From the NCBI GenBank assembly GCA_937907025.1, contig CALESJ010000035.1, positions 5,763 through 69,762 on the forward strand: a stretch of 64,000 bases of DNA. The letters run 5' to 3'. Of the stretch, positions 63,206 to 64,000 are shown piece by piece. The notes beneath the pieces were generated by a model. It searched no databases and had not been told where the DNA came from. It saw only the letters and a list, made by a program, of their open reading frames with translations. Both the position numbers and the translations under genes were made by a program. How positions within the stretch are numbered: the stretch's first letter is position 1; each line of letters begins with the position of its first letter. The DNA comes from an uncultured Faecalibacterium sp. GTDB taxonomy: Bacteria > Bacillota > Clostridia > Oscillospirales > Ruminococcaceae.

Positions 63206-63877
63206 ATGCCGAACCGCTCCTTTGAACAGCTGGAGCAGGTGCTCCACTATCATTTCAAGAACCCGGCACTGCTGCGCATTGCCATGACCCATACCAGTTT
63301 TGCCAACGAATCCAAGGTGCCCACCCGCCACAACGAACGCCTGGAATTCCTGGGCGACAGTGTGCTGTCGGTGGTGGTGGCGGACTATCTGTTCCACCAT
63401 TCCTCCCGCCCCGAGGGCGAACTGACCCGCATGCGGGCGGCCCTCGTTTCGGAGGAAGCCCTCTTCCGCTTTGCCGCCGAGATCGACCTGGGCAGCTATC
63501 TGCGCCTGGGCCACGGTGAGGAACTGGGCGGCGGCCGCACCCGCCCCAGCGTGGTGTCCGACGCTTTTGAGGCCCTCATCGCCGCGCTATATCTGGACGG
63601 CGGCATGGAAGTGGCCCGCAACTTCATTCTGCCCTTCATCACCGAGGGCAAGACCGCAGACCCCGACTACAAGACCAAGCTGCAGGAACTGGTGCAGGAA
63701 AAACCCGGCGCCGAACTGCGGTACACGGTGGTGGGCCAGTCCGGCCCCGACCACGATAAAACCTTTGAGGTGGAAGTCACCCTCAACGGCAAGACCCTGG
63801 CTACCGGCAAAGGCCGGAGCAAAAAGGCCGCGGAACAGCAGGCCGCCAAACAGGCCCTTGCCGAACTGAACCCCTGA
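63206..63877 (+). CDS. rnc: Ribonuclease III
   Basis: 223 aa with the NERLEFLGDSVL signature and a C-terminal dsRBD. Confidence 0.95.
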   Translation: MPNRSFEQLEQVLHYHFKNPALLRIAMTHTSFANESKVPTRHNERLEFLGDSVLSVVVADYLFHHSSRPEGELTRMRAALVSEEALFRFAAEIDLGSYLRLGHGEELGGGRTRPSVVSDAFEALIAALYLDGGMEVARNFILPFITEGKTADPDYKTKLQELVQEKPGAELRYTVVGQSGPDHDKTFEVEVTLNGKTLATGKGRSKKAAEQQAAKQALAELNP

Positions 63878-63899
63878 TTACGGAAAGGAACCCGCCTGC

Positions 63900-64000
63900 A
63901 TGCGCTTAAAAGAACTTGAGATCCAGGGCTTCAAGTCCTTCCCGGACCGCACCAAGGTCGCCATCGGCGCCGGTATCACCGGCGTGGTGGGCCCCAACGG
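63900..64000 (+). CDS. smc: Chromosome segregation protein SMC (5' end only)
   Basis: MRLKELEIQGFKSFPDRTKVAIGAGITGVVGPNG (Walker A). The gene runs off the window. Confidence 0.85.
   Translation, partial: MRLKELEIQGFKSFPDRTKVAIGAGITGVVGPN

Overview
This is a high-GC chromosomal segment of a Clostridia-type Firmicute. Gene content and order resemble Oscillospiraceae/Faecalibacterium-like genomes, but that taxon call is inference only.

**Core genes**
- A peptidoglycan-precursor neighbourhood: murE, two asparagine-synthase paralogs flanking a COG3919-type ATP-grasp ligase, and farther on an aspartate racemase, murI and ddl.
- A tRNA-Arg/His/Gln cluster, queH, a MATE/MarR pair, and divergent nrdG/nrdD with NrdR-box-like palindromes.
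- A his operon with a fused hisZ-hisG and no hisB.
- A TraX plus two-component operon.
- metG, argS, infC-rpmI-rplT with a leader/attenuator, and dprA-topA-trmFO-plsX-rnc-smc.

**Accessory content**
1. A 7.6-kb AT-rich island (9012-16661) is bounded by a perfect 16-bp direct repeat. It carries an IS30-family transposase plus a complete inovirus-like (filamentous phage) gene set. This includes a 53-aa coat-like ORF that is below the ORF-track cutoff and an iteron/hairpin origin.
2. A roughly 5-kb decayed integrative conjugative element remnant (22827-27877) lies next to tRNA-Leu(CAA). It has two recognisable deletion junctions.
3. A roughly 1.4-kb tract (48611-50046) has no plausible ORF, is dense in hairpins and is bracketed by intrinsic terminators. 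It is a candidate large structured RNA or RNAs.
4. A 460-bp signal-dense intergenic region lies upstream of queH.

**Caveats**
- Many long ORFs in the supplied track are antisense or out-of-frame shadows typical of high-GC DNA and are not called.
- All homology statements come from motif recognition by eye. No searches were run.
- Start codons were refined by SD spacing and are less certain than stop codons.
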